This document shows, piece after piece, positions 24,773 to 38,725 of a DNA stretch of 64,000 nucleotides. The notes under the pieces are model-generated. The model did no database searches. It was given only the letters and a program-made list of their open reading frames with translations, and had not been told where the DNA came from. Positions within the stretch are counted from its first letter, which is position 1. Each line of letters starts with the position of its first letter. The position numbers and the translations under genes were made by a program. Where the stretch lies: contig NW_027192205.1 of NCBI RefSeq assembly GCF_041956535.1, forward strand, positions 372,085 through 436,084. Direction: 5' to 3'. Source of the DNA: Calcarisporiella thermophila CBS 279.70. Lineage: Eukaryota > Fungi > Calcarisporiellomycota.

Positions 24773-27281
24773 ATGAAATTTGGAGAAGAACTCAAGAAGC
24801 AAATACTTCCTTCATGGCGGTTCTATTATCTCGACTATAATAGGCTGAAGCAATGCCTTTTTGATAATACAACAGGCGGGGAAGTTTTTGGTGAAAGGGA
24901 AGAGGAATGTTTTGTGGAGTTGTTAGAAAAGGAACTGGATAAGGTATTGACGCATAACATTCACATTAGCCTTTCCCGACTTTTTCCCTCTTTATTTATT
25001 TCTAATTTTCAATGCCCCCTTTGTGTACAGGTGTACAGTTTTCAATATGTTAAATTCGGCGAGATTAATCGTCGCATTCAATTCCTTGAGAAGCATATCA
25101 GATCTTGCGCAAATTTCGAGGACAGTTCTCAACACAGCATTTCCCGCAACCTGCTTCATCTTGTTCATGATATCCAGGAACTCACTCGCTTTTCTCGCCT
25201 TAACTACACTGGCTTTGTTAAGATTTTAAAAAAGCATGATAAACGCACCCCCTTTCGAATTAAATCCCATTTCATGACGCGCTTAAACCTGAAGTCGTCC
25301 TTCCGCGAAGATCAAATGGATCCTTTGATATTAAGATTGTCTCAATTGTTCGATCTGCAAAGACGTCAGGGTCAAAAAGAAGGAAAAATGATGAAGGCTA
25401 CCACTCCAGATGTTCAAAGATTTGTAAGAATGAGTACTAAGTATTGGGTGCATATCGACAATATCTATCCACTTAAACTCTTTGTACTCCGACATCTACC
25501 GGTACTTCAACCCCAGACCAGTAATCCTGGAGCTGATACAATCACGTCCGTGTATTTTGATAATGACGAATTGAATCTTTACAAAGATCGAGTTGAGAAA
25601 CGCGAGGGAGCTGAGGTGATCCGATTACGATGGTATGGCCGTACCCATTCCCGCGTGTTTGTGGAGCGAAAGCGTCACCATGGAGACTGGACTGGAGAAG
25701 AACACGAGACTAAAGATCGGTTCTGCATAAAAGGTCGGAGTGTTTCTGCTTTTTTACTCGGAGATACAGACGTAATAGAACGTGGGACAGAGAAAATGCG
25801 AGGACACGGAGAACCAGATGAAATGATAGAACGTTATAAACAGCTTGCGCGGGAGATTCAGATCACTATAGGCGAGCAAAGGCTGAAGCCACTTCTAAGG
25901 ACAGTTTATCGTCGGACGGCATTCCAAATTCCTGGTGACGAGAGTGTAAGAATATCTCTGGATACTGATTTTGTTGTCGCAAGAGAGGAAGGTATCAGAT
26001 CGGAACAGCTCTGGCAGCCTAGTGAAGCAGTGGAGACAAAGCTTGGAGAGGAGGAGGAGCCAAAAATATGCAAGTTCCCTTTTGCGGTATTAGAGATCAA
26101 ATTGAAGCTTGAGTATGGGCAGGATCCTCCCCTATGGGTACAGGAACTGAAGCAGAGTCCACTCGTGAGTCAATGAAAAAATAGCAAATTGAATGCGAAT
26201 TAGCCTGCTAATTGATAGCTTTTTTGCTAGATTGAAGAGGTTGCCCACTTCTCTAAATTTGTCCATGCAGTTGCATCGCTTTACGAGTCTCGAGTATCTT
26301 TGTTGCCTTTTTGGGTATATTTCACCATTTGGTGTGAACTTTTCTTTATTTGCTATAAATATTTAATGATCTGTATCGAAAATTAGTTGCCGTGGGTCGA
26401 TAAAGATATACGAAAATATATTTTACCATCAGAGCATTCGCATCGTCCTCCTGTCAGTCGATCAACAACTAATACGAGCCTTAATACTGGCACAGTAGAG
26501 GGTGGATGCTCTTCCAAAATTTCACAAAGTTCAACTTCTGTCACGATCGAAGAGGATATGAGCAAATGCACTTCTATATCTTCCGTAGTTGACACTACCG
26601 AAAAATCACCTTTAATTGCAAATAAACTATCGTCACACAACAACTATGACGCAATCAGGGATAGAGGGTTCGAAGCTAGACAAGCAGGGGAAGAAGAGCG
26701 TTTTAATGATGAAGGCGTGTTATCGGCGGGAGCTTCTTCGTGGTCTCTTGGAACTCTGTTAGAAGCTGGGTGCCGAAGTAAACAGAGTTTTCCGACCAAT
26801 AGAGCTACATCCCAAAAACAACCACGAACTCCTCCTGCTGTGGATGGAGAATCTCTAATTTTCTACGCCAACGAACACACGCTCCTCTCCTGGCTTAATT
26901 TCACTGCAATTCTTGCAGGAATTAGCCTTATATTGATGAATTTTGGTGATTCTGTCGGACGCTTTTCTAGTTCACTATTTATGTGTTTATGCATTGGCTG
27001 TGTAATATATGCGGTGTATCGGTACGAAAAGAGAGCCATCATGATTAGAAGAAGGGAAGAGGGCTCCTACGGTAAGAATACAACAAATACTTGCGGTAAT
27101 TTGTGGATTTTAACACATTTTAAAAATGTTAGATGATTTGATTGGGCCAATAATTATTAGCATCGCATTGATATCCATTCTACTACTCAACTTCTACCTG
27201 ATTCTCAATGTCCAAGAGGAAGAGCAAAATTCCCCTCAATTGCCTCCAGGACCAAGTGGTGCTCTGGTTCATGCAGGTTAG
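24773..27281 (+). CDS. VTC4: Vacuolar polyphosphate polymerase Vtc4-like (SPX + VTC/TTM + DUF202 TM)
   Basis: MKFGE start, SPX KILKKHDK, TKYWVH, SVYFDN, IRLRWYG, FVERK, RTAFQIPGD..VRISLDT, AVLEIKL, FSKFVH, and C-terminal TM helices. Confidence 0.88.
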
Positions 27282-27841
27282 TTTGAGACCAATATCCTAC
27301 ATCGTACTTTTCTAAGAGGAGGGAGATAAAACAAAAATGGGATGAAAAGCTTTACAAAAACTACAGACCGTGTGGCAAATATGTTTCATACGCTTATTTT
27401 CTTGTCCTTTCAAATGCACTCAACATATAATGGGGTATGAATTGTATTGTATTTTTTTTTTTACTCAATTAATTTATTTTGGGATATTTTAAAAAAAAGT
27501 GCTGAGAAGGAAATTCATATGGTAAACAATTATCAAATGTGAGTGAACTCTTAATAGGGTCAGTCCTTCGGTCAAGACGAGTGCTGAGAAGTTGTTTAGC
27601 AACAGATTAATGCAATTCACGCGAGAATCGTTTTTTTACGATTATAATGACAAAATAATGCATCTCAATAGTTTCTAGTTTTCTTGTATATATATCAATA
27701 TATTTTTAGTAATTTTTAGGATTCAAGGTTTTAACCATCTGAATTGGATTTACTTTAATAATTTTCTAAAAAAGAGATAAGTAAGAGTATTGAAAGGGTG
27801 AACCAAAAAAAATCTTTATAGAATAGAAGACGGATATCCCT

Positions 27842-28572
<731 letters not shown>

Positions 28573-28845
28573 GTTGATTCGATGTGTTTACGACAACAAA
28601 CCTCGTATGTAAGAATAATAACGCTAAATATTTTTTAAGCGTCAAGCAGATGACGCAAAATGTGGCTTTGCAATTCATATTATCTATGTATTATTTCTTG
28701 TTGGATATTCATAATATTTTTACTAGGGAATAGAAAAAGCAAAGGCATAGATATCTAATGAACATTTTCGCCATGCAAACGTTCTGTCGCAAACAAAATC
28801 ATCTGTATGGCAACAAATATATAAAAAACAGCGGTCGTATTTTTG

Positions 28846-29844
28846 TTATCGAGAGTGCTTTCTGCAAAAGTTTTCCCAATGTCGCGTTTTCGCTCCCACT
28901 ATTCCTAAATTAACACCCAATTCCTGATGCCGACGTTGGGCTTGCCATGCATATCTCAGTCTCCACCATAGCCATCCTGTAACTCCATGAAATAGCACAG
29001 CTCTTCGACTTGGTGCAGGAACAATGCTCTCCAGTCTATGTTCATAGATAAGTCCACGAGTGTCGAATTTGTAGAGAAATACGCCCTCATATGTTGAGCG
29101 CGTATTACTTCCTGAGAGACGCAATAGAGAGCGCGGAGTACCTTCGAGTACCCATCGAATATGTAAACGCTCGGGACCGTCCTCACGCATACTTAAGATA
29201 TCAAAACGAATATCACTGAAATAAAGTCCTAGACTCCATCGCAAAAGTTCAGCAACAGAAAAATAAGCGAGTTTTCCACGAAATTTAAGACCCGTATAGC
29301 GTGGATCCGAAATAATAATATTTGCAGAGTAAATTTCGCGTTCTCGGAGGCCTTGCTCGAAAAAAATAGGGAGATCGCTGCGTAAACTCTGGATGGCTAA
29401 ATGCCAGTCAAATGTAAAGATAAATATTAGAAGTAAATTAAAAAAATAAACTTCAAGTTAATAAAAAAACCCAGGAACTATCAGATCCAATAATAGTAGC
29501 TTGCCTTTTCCGTAATTTAACTTGAACTCATCCTTAGATTCTTTGTCATTGCTTTTGAAGTGAGACTCGGTCGAGTATTGATAGATAGACAAGATTCTTG
29601 GGGCCGTGATACGCCTTAATTTATCGCCAATCACAATTTGAATAAGTATATTTGAGCGATATGATATATTTGCAGTAGAGCGAACACGAATCTCTGATGA
29701 AAAAGGTTTGGCGCCGCGGCGTATTATAGACTGCATGGATTGACGTGACACGTTGAATCCACGCTTCGAATTTGTCTTTGAACCCACACAAGATGCCCTA
29801 TTAATAAACCTGCCACTAGAACACCAAGAACATACCTGAAGCAT
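28846..29844 (-). CDS. DUF2358 / C6orf136-like (NTF2-like fold) protein, probably mitochondrial; GC-AG intron
   Basis: Spliced NYGKAIQSLRSDLPIFF....IYSANIIISDP....FRGKLAY, LHIRW, and YEGVFLYKFD..GLIYEHRLESIVP. Confidence 0.75.
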
Positions 29845-30058
29845 TATGTCCAGCTATTCATATATGGTCGATTTCTGTAGGCGTGTTAACTTCGAGAGTG
29901 CGATTTATATTATTCATTCAACCTATTCCAAGCCATAAGCCGTCACATGTGCTGGAAATTCGATTAAATGTAGAATACATTTTAATTTCTGGGCATTTTA
30001 CTTTAATTACGGTAGTTAAGTCTGTCTTTGACGTTTGACAAGTATATATTGTCATAGG

Positions 30059-31826
30059 ATGGCTGCGAGAAATGACCAGCGATTCCAGTTACATCGCATC
30101 GACACGTCTATCCGACCTTGGGTCATTCATCTCCTCGAAAATGCGGAGTTTGTTCAATTAAGATATCTACGCTCTTCTGATCCATATTTTCGCGAAAACG
30201 CTCCATGTGATCGTCTTGGGATAGATATTGTGATATACAACGATATAATTTCTTGTAAATTATCGTTTTATAATTTAGGAAAATTCTTCAGACAACATCT
30301 AAATATTCTTGCTATTTTTGTTTCTCTATATAGGTCAGATGATTTTTGACCCGTCAGAATTGAATTTTCCACCAGATTGGATAGTAGAATCGAAGCAGTA
30401 TGCCGACTTTCAGGTCTCTCTCGAAAATATATACGAGCAAGATGCAAATAAAAGTGTAATTTGGCAGGGTAAGGAACGTCTTCTTAACACAATAACAAGA
30501 ATTCGCGACCAATATAAGGTAATGTCTTTTTTTCCAACGTGCCAAATGTATCGCTTTATGACATTCCCATACGTAAGCAATTTCAACGGACACTAGTAGA
30601 AAAATCTCGCTTTCATCGGATACAGCAAGAATATAGATTACTTAAGCATATTACTGATATGGAATGCTTCTTATCACGAGAGCAAGATGGTCGGCAAGCC
30701 GTGAGTAGCTATCTCAAAACTCTTATGGTAACTGTACCTTATTCAAAATTCCTTGTTTGTTATTTCTATGTAGACTGAATTTCGAATTCCAATTCAAGTT
30801 CCTACATATGCAGGGGGAGCAGAGGATACAGCTGGTGAATACCTCGAAACATATTTCATAGCTATTCCGCTCACCCTGTTTACTTTTTACTTTGCAAGGA
30901 CTCATGACCATTCGATTTATTGAGCCAAAACGAGAGTTACAGAATAATTTTGGAACGTCCAATGGTGATAGAATGGATGAAGATTTAGAGGATGGGCTTG
31001 AGGTGGAGAAGCGAATACAAGTGGACTCGGAATGGGAAGGGAAAATACTTAAAATTAAGGTAACTGCTTGTATTAATTTAACAAAATGTTTACTGACATC
31101 TCTTAACCTTTCGTAGCTTCCGGCCATGAAACCTGGTACTTTGATTGCGCAATATCTTCCTCAAATTCAGAAATCATTTGTGGATGCAACACAACTCTAT
31201 CTTCGCGCATCTGAAAGAAGGAGGAAATTTTTTGAGTATACTACGAATTCTCTTCGAAGGTAGATGAATTTACACTCCACTAGCTTATTTGGTTGCTAAT
31301 ATTGATTTTTCTTCTAACACAGAACACTTCTGGAGTGCGACACGAAGCACTACAGCTACATGGCTTTTTATTTTCGTGTTGAACCAACAGAAGAAATTGT
31401 AGCTAAAATGCGAATAAAGGGTCATGTATTTAGAGATAAGTTTTGCCAGGCTATCGTAACATGTAAAATTTATTCAACTATAATGTATCAATAATTGAAT
31501 TGACAAATTGAAATTTTTAGTTCATTTACCCAAGGATTTCCCGATATCTTCTCCGGAGATTTATTTGTCTTCGCCAGTGGATTTTACATCTCCTTTTGAT
31601 TTCCATCCCTTCGAAGCTCAGCTAAAATATAGGTATGATCCAATGTGGGATGATGAGACTTTACTCGAACAGATACGGTGAGTGATTATATTCGAAATAT
31701 ATTCTTCACTGCTAAATATGTGTCAACAAATGGTTTCCTCTACATAGGAATCGACTTGTTGAAGATATTCCCATATTTTATACACAACTTGACCCATACC
31801 AACCTGAGGGTGATATAGAATGTTGA
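30059..31826 (+). CDS. BRE/BABAM2 (BRCC45)-like tandem UEV protein; multi-exon
   Basis: Spliced PCDRL, CQMIFDPSELNFPPDW, QYLPQI, ERRRKFF, LLECD, FHLPKDFP.SSP.I.LSS and YRYDPMW....L.E.IR..L...IPIF follow the BRE family motifs in order. Confidence 0.72.
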
Positions 31827-32081
31827 AAATCATTTCTCGCGGTGTAAATATATTTATACACATCTTCCCGTTTTATTAACAAAAAATTGCTGTCGACTCT
31901 ATACTGGTTGCTTCTGAGGATAAAAGCTATACTTACTATAATGAGATGAAGAGAGGTAATAGAGAAAACACTTATTGATTTCATAACGACAGATGCAATA
32001 CGTGAACATGAATAACATTCATATTGATAAATAAATAAAAAATATTTCTGAGTAGTAACACATGTGCCTGAATTTACCAAT

Positions 32082-33427
32082 TTAAAATATACATTCTTGA
32101 ATATATGGCCACAGTTGATCAATGGCTTGGTCTTCGTTCGCTCGCCCTGTGTATACGCAGCGTGATGCGCATAGTCTCTGGCGTCTCCGAGGTGCCATTA
32201 CAAAACATGGCATCGGACGATCATCAATCGGAACAGCAAGGTTAACTGCGATTTGGAGATGCTCCACCCAGTTCAGCAGGTCAAACCCACTGGATGCTTG
32301 TAGGAGTAGCTGTGGCCCGGTCGCAGTACGTAATCGAAGGACGAATCGCCGTTTACGGTAGTCAGTCGCAGCTCCAATTTCAGCATACTGAAGCGAAAGA
32401 TGATACAAGGGTGTTGATTCTTGTTCGGTAGTTTGGGGTTCGGAAGCGAATATCCAAAGAGCTGTCCCACGTAGACGTACGTATACTGATCTGATAAAAA
32501 TCGAAGATTATTAGGATATACAGTATCAACTAGTATAAAAATAACTTACTTCCATGGCCTCCTGATTGGAATGATTCCTGGGCGTCGGAATTCTACCTTC
32601 ATCATTAAATATCCCTGCTTGAAACATGTACATGTATAAGGAGGAAGCTCCTCGCGCCCTTCTTCTTCTCGTGGCATTATCTTGAATCTACGCAGCCGTC
32701 TTTCGATATATGCCATATTCTCGTTATTAATATCATTGGAATGCCGAGTTAAGGCTGAGGGTGTAATTGTTTGCTCCAACATATGTATATCATTACTTGT
32801 ATTTCGAACGAGGCTTGACATTGGCCTTGGCTCATTTTTCTCATTGTTAACCAGAGCTCTGAAGGGAGTTGGATGCTGCTCTCCGAGTCTCATTAAGGAA
32901 AAGACCAATGGCTCTTCGTCCTCCTGGTCGCTATTCGCTATTTCCTGCACGAAATGTTCACTGTCCATTTCATGTTCACTAATAGCTGCTTCTTCTTCAA
33001 AATAGCCAATACTCTCAAAATTTCCCATTCCCGTCTCTTTTCCAGCAGAATGAAGCTCTTCTAGTGTCATACTGGCTATTTTCGCGATGATACTCCGCAT
33101 GAATTTGTTTGACTTGGCTTCTATACCATTTTGTTCCCCTATACCAAGTCTTTCAGGAGACATATCATAGGCGATAAATGCTCTCCTCAAGCGTTCAGCA
33201 CAGAGGATTAGTAACTCTCTATCTATAGGTGGTACGCCAAGCTCTTTCAGCACTGTGCTTGTATTGAGAAGGAAATCTTTGAAACATATAGAATGGGAAT
33301 GGAAGAGCGTTGTGTAAACACTAAGATTGAGCTGACCAAGTGTGATCTCCATGGCGGCGCTGTTTGAGATGTTCGGAAGAGTGTCATGGATGTAAAGCGG
33401 TGAAGTATGTGATTGCGTGACTGACAT
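32082..33427 (-). CDS. Fungal PH-domain protein (YHR131C/YNL144C-like); 2 exons
   Basis: PREEEGREELPPYTC, KVEF..PG....RRPWK, LSLQYAEIGAATDYRKRRFVLRLR, and WVEHLQIAVNLAVPIDDRPMP. Confidence 0.8.
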
Positions 33428-35160
33428 TTGCTTTAAATATAATGGAATTGTAAGAAAATGAACAAAGGAGAAGAAGCTAGGTTTATTCACAATTTGAGAT
33501 TCGTTATTCTTAAGTGGCAAATAATCGCCATTCAATGGTGCTCCAAGAAGGAAAGAATCTCTGGCAAAAAAAAATAGGGGCTCAGTGGTATGTTAAAAGT
33601 GAGAGAATTACAAGAATGAAAAGACAAGCACGGTAAATGCCACAAGTTAAAGTCTTTAATGCATTATTGCATATATGACAGGTAATGGCGTTCAATTCTA
33701 AGTTCAGACATCATTTAATGCAAAAGGGTAATTATAACTGGACAAAATTATTAACATATCTAATAGGTAATTAAACGGTTAATTACTCTATTATTAACTT
33801 AAAATTGGTGCTAAGACTTTGTGGCCTCGATTTTAAATAGACTGTCGCTCAAATCAAATCACATATTAATCTTTGATATCTTTTGTCTACATCAAGAATC
33901 ATTAAAATGGTTTGGTAGAATTAAGTGCATATAAGCACACTTTATCCACGTAATTAATAGTTTATATCAATTTATATTTCTGTATTGAACTGTGTCTCTG
34001 AAAAGAAACTCAAGTTTATTGTGTCAAGAGCTGACAATAATATTGAACGGTAGAATAGACTTTATTTTTCAAAACTCTCTAATACTGGCCCTAGTCTATA
34101 ATACTAATTTTGGTATTATATGCTACTGCACTTGCACCATCGATCTTTGACATCACTATAATTGCGTAAAAAAGTACATTACGCTATTGATTTAAAACTA
34201 TTGAAATTTTTTGTTCTAAGTATTTCACATATCGATACCTCACTGTAGCTCAGTCGCACCAATTTACATCGCAGTTACTGCCGACTTTAAGGTAGGGATC
34301 GATCTTTCAATCAAAGAATCTCGTGCGGAGAACTCAGTTATGATATGTCACCGGTGCTCAATAATAATTGAGTTATGTGATCTCTCCGATGAATTGAGCA
34401 TAAGCCATAGTTGCCTTTCAATGTCCCAAGCGAAAGTTAATATCTTTCCGGAAAAAACTTCATTTGCAGCATCGTGGTCGCTGTGATCATTTAATCTAAA
34501 ATTCAACGACTGACGCCTCGAAAAATACAGCAAAATTAAATTTACTGCCACTACTGTGTCCATCCTGTAAGCAGCCTTAGTTATGTACTATATGTACTCT
34601 TCAGGATTTGAATGCTCCACGCTTCAATAATATGGTCCTCTGTACAGTTGTGCGCGCCTAGAAATGCAGTGGATATTTTCCCTTTAGTCATAAGTCATTT
34701 AAACAAAATCGAGAAAATCGGATATGATAAATTAGAATATAATGCTCCACATTGATGAAGCCAGATGATTACGCAAAACTGTTGGAATTGTGAAAATCCT
34801 GTTTAAAATAACGAAGATATTATAGTAGATAAGATTTTGCCATGTTTATTAATATTTCCATAAAAGGAATTTTCAAAACTATCAAAAAATTAATCGAGAG
34901 GGCTGATTAGAGCTTTCTCAGTATCCGTAAGAAGTGTAGTGGGAAGAAAAGAGAAAATGAAAATGAAAAGTATATTACGAAATAGAATAAGCTTATATGA
35001 TTAAAGAAGCAAAGGGAGGGATCTGAAATGTAAAGCGCTGACGAAGTCCGCAATCTAGAAAAATTCATAAGCCACCATCAAAGCAAAACAACCTAAAGCA
35101 GTCTTATTCTATAAATTTTCTAACAATACGTTTATTATCGCCCACACTTATATATATTTG

Positions 35161-35717
35161 ATGATGTGGAGGCATCTTGCTAATCGCACACTCCGAACTC
35201 GAACGTACTCTACCTCTAACAAAGGATGCATTTATAAAGAAGGATCCTCGGTTGAGCTACAAGCGTTCGCAAAACAACACTCCCTCACTCCTTCTTTAGT
35301 TACGCAAGCACTGACGCATAAATCTTACCTTCATGCCTCATGTCCAACTCAAGAACGCTTTGCATCCTTAGGAAAACGTGTATTGAATTTGCATATTGCA
35401 GAAGATGCAGTACGAAAGCAGAATTTTTCTGAGAAAAAAATTGAAAATGCGAGATTGTTCTTAGCAGGAAAGAAACTAGGCATAGATAATTTGATACGAT
35501 GGAAGCCCGCTTCGGTAAGTTGAAAATTTCTTAGTGCTAAAATTTTGTCATCACATTAATCACATTTTATTTCTAGTCGGATCCAAATAGCTTAAAAGGT
35601 CAGGAAACTGTTGTTGCTTATTCAGTGAAGGCTATCGTAGGAGCTATTTATCATGAAAAAGGCTCTGTCATTGCTCGTGAATTTGTGCAGCAGCATATTT
35701 TGAATGAATCAGACTAG
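35161..35717 (+). CDS. RNase III-fold mitochondrial ribosomal protein mL57 (Mrpl15-like); 2 exons
   Basis: Presequence ...RTRTYSTS, then QALTHKSY, ERFASLGKRVL, IRWKP, and VKAIVGAIYHEKG...AREFV..HIL. Confidence 0.8.
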
Positions 35718-36026
35718 AATAAATTTTGTATAATAATACCCAAATAATTTATGAAAAGATTCGTTATATTTCCTCATCCGTATAGTATTGAAGATTTAGA
35801 GGCCATACAAAGAAAAAACACAGCAAAAATAACAAAAAAGTATCAGGAACTCAAGAGTATAGGAGCATCGTAAGGATTCGTTCAGTTTTTAGAATAAGAG
35901 TGGTAGAGTAATTGAAAATTCAATCAATAACAGCCAATAATAATGATACAAATTGTACATAAAGAAAGGGACAATAAAGAGAAAAAAAAGAAAAGAAAAT
36001 GATCGTGTGAATGGGAGAGTGTAACA

Positions 36027-38302
36027 TTATTGTTCCTTCCTTGCTAATTCAATCTCCTCCTCTTCCTCCTCAAATATAGCTTTATAATTTTCCAATATAA
36101 TTTCTACTACTTTGCACTGACTTGGCATATCTATTAATATCATCTCTTCCGCGCTACTGGCAGTCATAAGCGTTGGACCCCACACGATGGCAAGATTTGC
36201 CACACTCATTTTATTGTGCTGTTGATGGGCCTGCACTCGGTCGAGATGGCACATTAAATATTTGAGAGTAGCGTAGTTCGGATCTGGTAATGCATTGACT
36301 GTTTCATGCATTGTCACGAGTCTAAGCGACTCATCCTCAATCTTGGAAGCATTCACGAAGTCCGAATACATGCGCTTGGTAAAAAGTGGGTCAGGGAGCT
36401 CACGGAAATATGATTTTAAAACACCAGCAACATTGTTGATATCTGCGGTGCATTTCTCATTATCCAAATCAACTGAAGCTGCATCTATAAAAAAATTGAT
36501 ATAGACAAAACCAATTCATCGAATATTATTCCTTAGATTACCTCGATCGAATAATTGTTTTAATTTTTGCATTTCAGTGCTTGTTCCCGATATCCGATAT
36601 ATTCCTTGATTTAGGATTCCTAAATCGAATAAAATAGCATAAAGCAATTAGATTGACATAATAGGATCAAAATATATGTGAATTACTAACCATGCTTTTC
36701 AACGGCATAAGCACACTTGACCAGCACCGTTGGAACTTCTAGGTTATCCCTCTCCAATTGCAATGCTAGATCAATGCCAAATATTGGCTTTGGGTGAATA
36801 ATTGACAGAGCCTTCTGTGACTAAATAATTCACAAAATGTAGATATCAGTTTATCGTTTCCGATTGCAAGTGATTTTGAGTGATTCTACCATTAAATACT
36901 CTGCATAAGGTATATCTACATGGGTAAGTTTACCGTGCTTAGCTGCAGTGTTTCGAACGCACTCTCGTAAATCCATGGAGTGGTTGATTGATTCTACAAG
37001 GGACCGCAACCCATTTCCACTGTCATCATCCAAAAGTTTACCCTCAGAAGCGAGTGCTCGCTCATAAATAAAACTATAGCGCGCCAACTGATATTGCATG
37101 CCGAGATTACATTCGTCAACTGTTTCTAATAGTGACTAATTGTATGAAAATATTGAATTAGATTGGTTCGATCAAATTTTTCGAAGGATGTAATATTGAT
37201 AGTTACAGTAACAATCCTTGGTAATTGCACGCTGAAATATTCTTGTCGTGCTTGATTAGTCTGGTATAATTGTGCCTTATAGTTCTCATTAGAAAGACTT
37301 GCACGTATTCGTGCATCTTCCTCGATTTTTGTGCTCATTTGACGGGCCTGCTTGAATATATTGATCGGTTTACTAAGAGTCCGTCGCGTTGATGGGCTTC
37401 CACTCAACATGGCATTCGAGCCAATTGCAGGAGAGCCCATTCGTTGAGGGACAAGGTTAATAGGAGTATTCGACCGCTGCAGGATAGTTCGCTCCCAATC
37501 TCCACTCATAGTTTCGTACTTATGGCGGGCTTTTTCTAGTGCTTGCTCAGATTCTTGCATCAGGCGCTCCTGGCGCTGTCCGTTTTCTTTCAACTAGAAA
37601 AAGATAACATTCCATTTCAGAAGAGAAGTGAATGGGAAAACAGATGGTCTAGTCCAAACCTGTTTGCGCATACGGTCTGTCTCTTTTAAAATGGCATTTA
37701 ACTCTTCTGATACGTCCAGAATGTTTTGTGCGAATTTTATACGTTGTTCTGCAATCTTCTGATGTAACTTGACTATTTCCATCCAGGAATCAGAGAAAGT
37801 GCTGCTCAGTAGATGTAAACGATTAGCAAAGACATTAAATAATATAAAGATGATGTGCTATATTACCCTCGTTTGTAGTATTCTGATCTTTCAGCAGTAT
37901 CCAGAGTATTTTGAGCAACTTTAAGTAGATTTTTTCCATATTCTTCCTCGACTATTGCTCTTTTCCTCAGAAACACAATCACATCCTAAAACGTACATTA
38001 TAGTTAGTAACCTCCATAAAAGAGAAATGTAAACAAAGATGGTGCCTTGCTAGCAAGTGAGCTCAGCTTCGCTTGATTTAGCAATAGATTCAATCCGCCC
38101 TGTTCCATGAAACAAAAAAAAGTTATAAATGAGTTAAGTCCGTTGTGTATACAAAGAAGCCGATGCTTACATCTAGACCACAAATTTCAGATACTAATGA
38201 TGCCTCCTCTACCTCTAGCCCATCAGGCGACATGACTTCATCACCGTTATGTGGTACTGTACTTTCTAGAGACTCTAGATTTGAAGCAGAAGTAGGTGAC
38301 AT
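36027..38302 (-). CDS. F-BAR + RhoGAP protein (Rgd1-like); multi-exon
   Basis: F-BAR VFLRKRAIVEEEYG. RhoGAP PIFGIDL, GIYRISG, VAGVLKSYFRELPDPL, and NKMSVANLAIVWGPTL. Confidence 0.88.
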
Positions 38303-38725
38303 TTTGCGAAAAGGAGAGGATGTGGCGAAAATAGAGTGAAATAAATAGAAATGCTGCGCGGTTTTTGTCTCTTTCCCTCCACTCTAAGACAATGATGAAT
38401 ATAAATGAAAACTTTAGAGCAAAGGTTGTTAACCGAAATATAGATAAAGCAAATCTGAGTTTGTGCACAGTTTTTGACCATAATTTTAGGTACCCTCTCA
38501 AATGTGGCTTATAATAATCAATTTTCATCCGTTGCTTTTAAAAGTTAAAACCCATATAACCCCTATCCAAAAGTGGCATGCGGGATATTCAAAAGCTAAT
38601 TAGCGGATTAAAGGATTGCAATAGTCACTTTTTTTAGCTCGATAAGCCAGGGAGAGGGAAGAGATAAAAAAACAAATATGCGTAAAGAGCAAAGGAAACG
38701 AACTTTCAAAAATATCTAATTCAAT

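Noticed and set aside
27498-27591. 12-bp direct repeat AGTGCTGAGAAG, 82 bp apart (possible target-site duplication)
   Set aside because: About one such pair is expected by chance in 64 kb, and there are no TIRs or element features between the copies.
34240-34310. tRNA-like A-box (GTAGCTCAGTCG) with a weak B-box-like GGATCGATC
   Set aside because: No cloverleaf: the acceptor, D and T stems cannot be formed and TTC is missing.
34567-34604. Intron-like GTAAGC...TTCAG in the 1.6-kb intergenic region
   Set aside because: The flanking frames are short and stop-interrupted, with no recognisable product.
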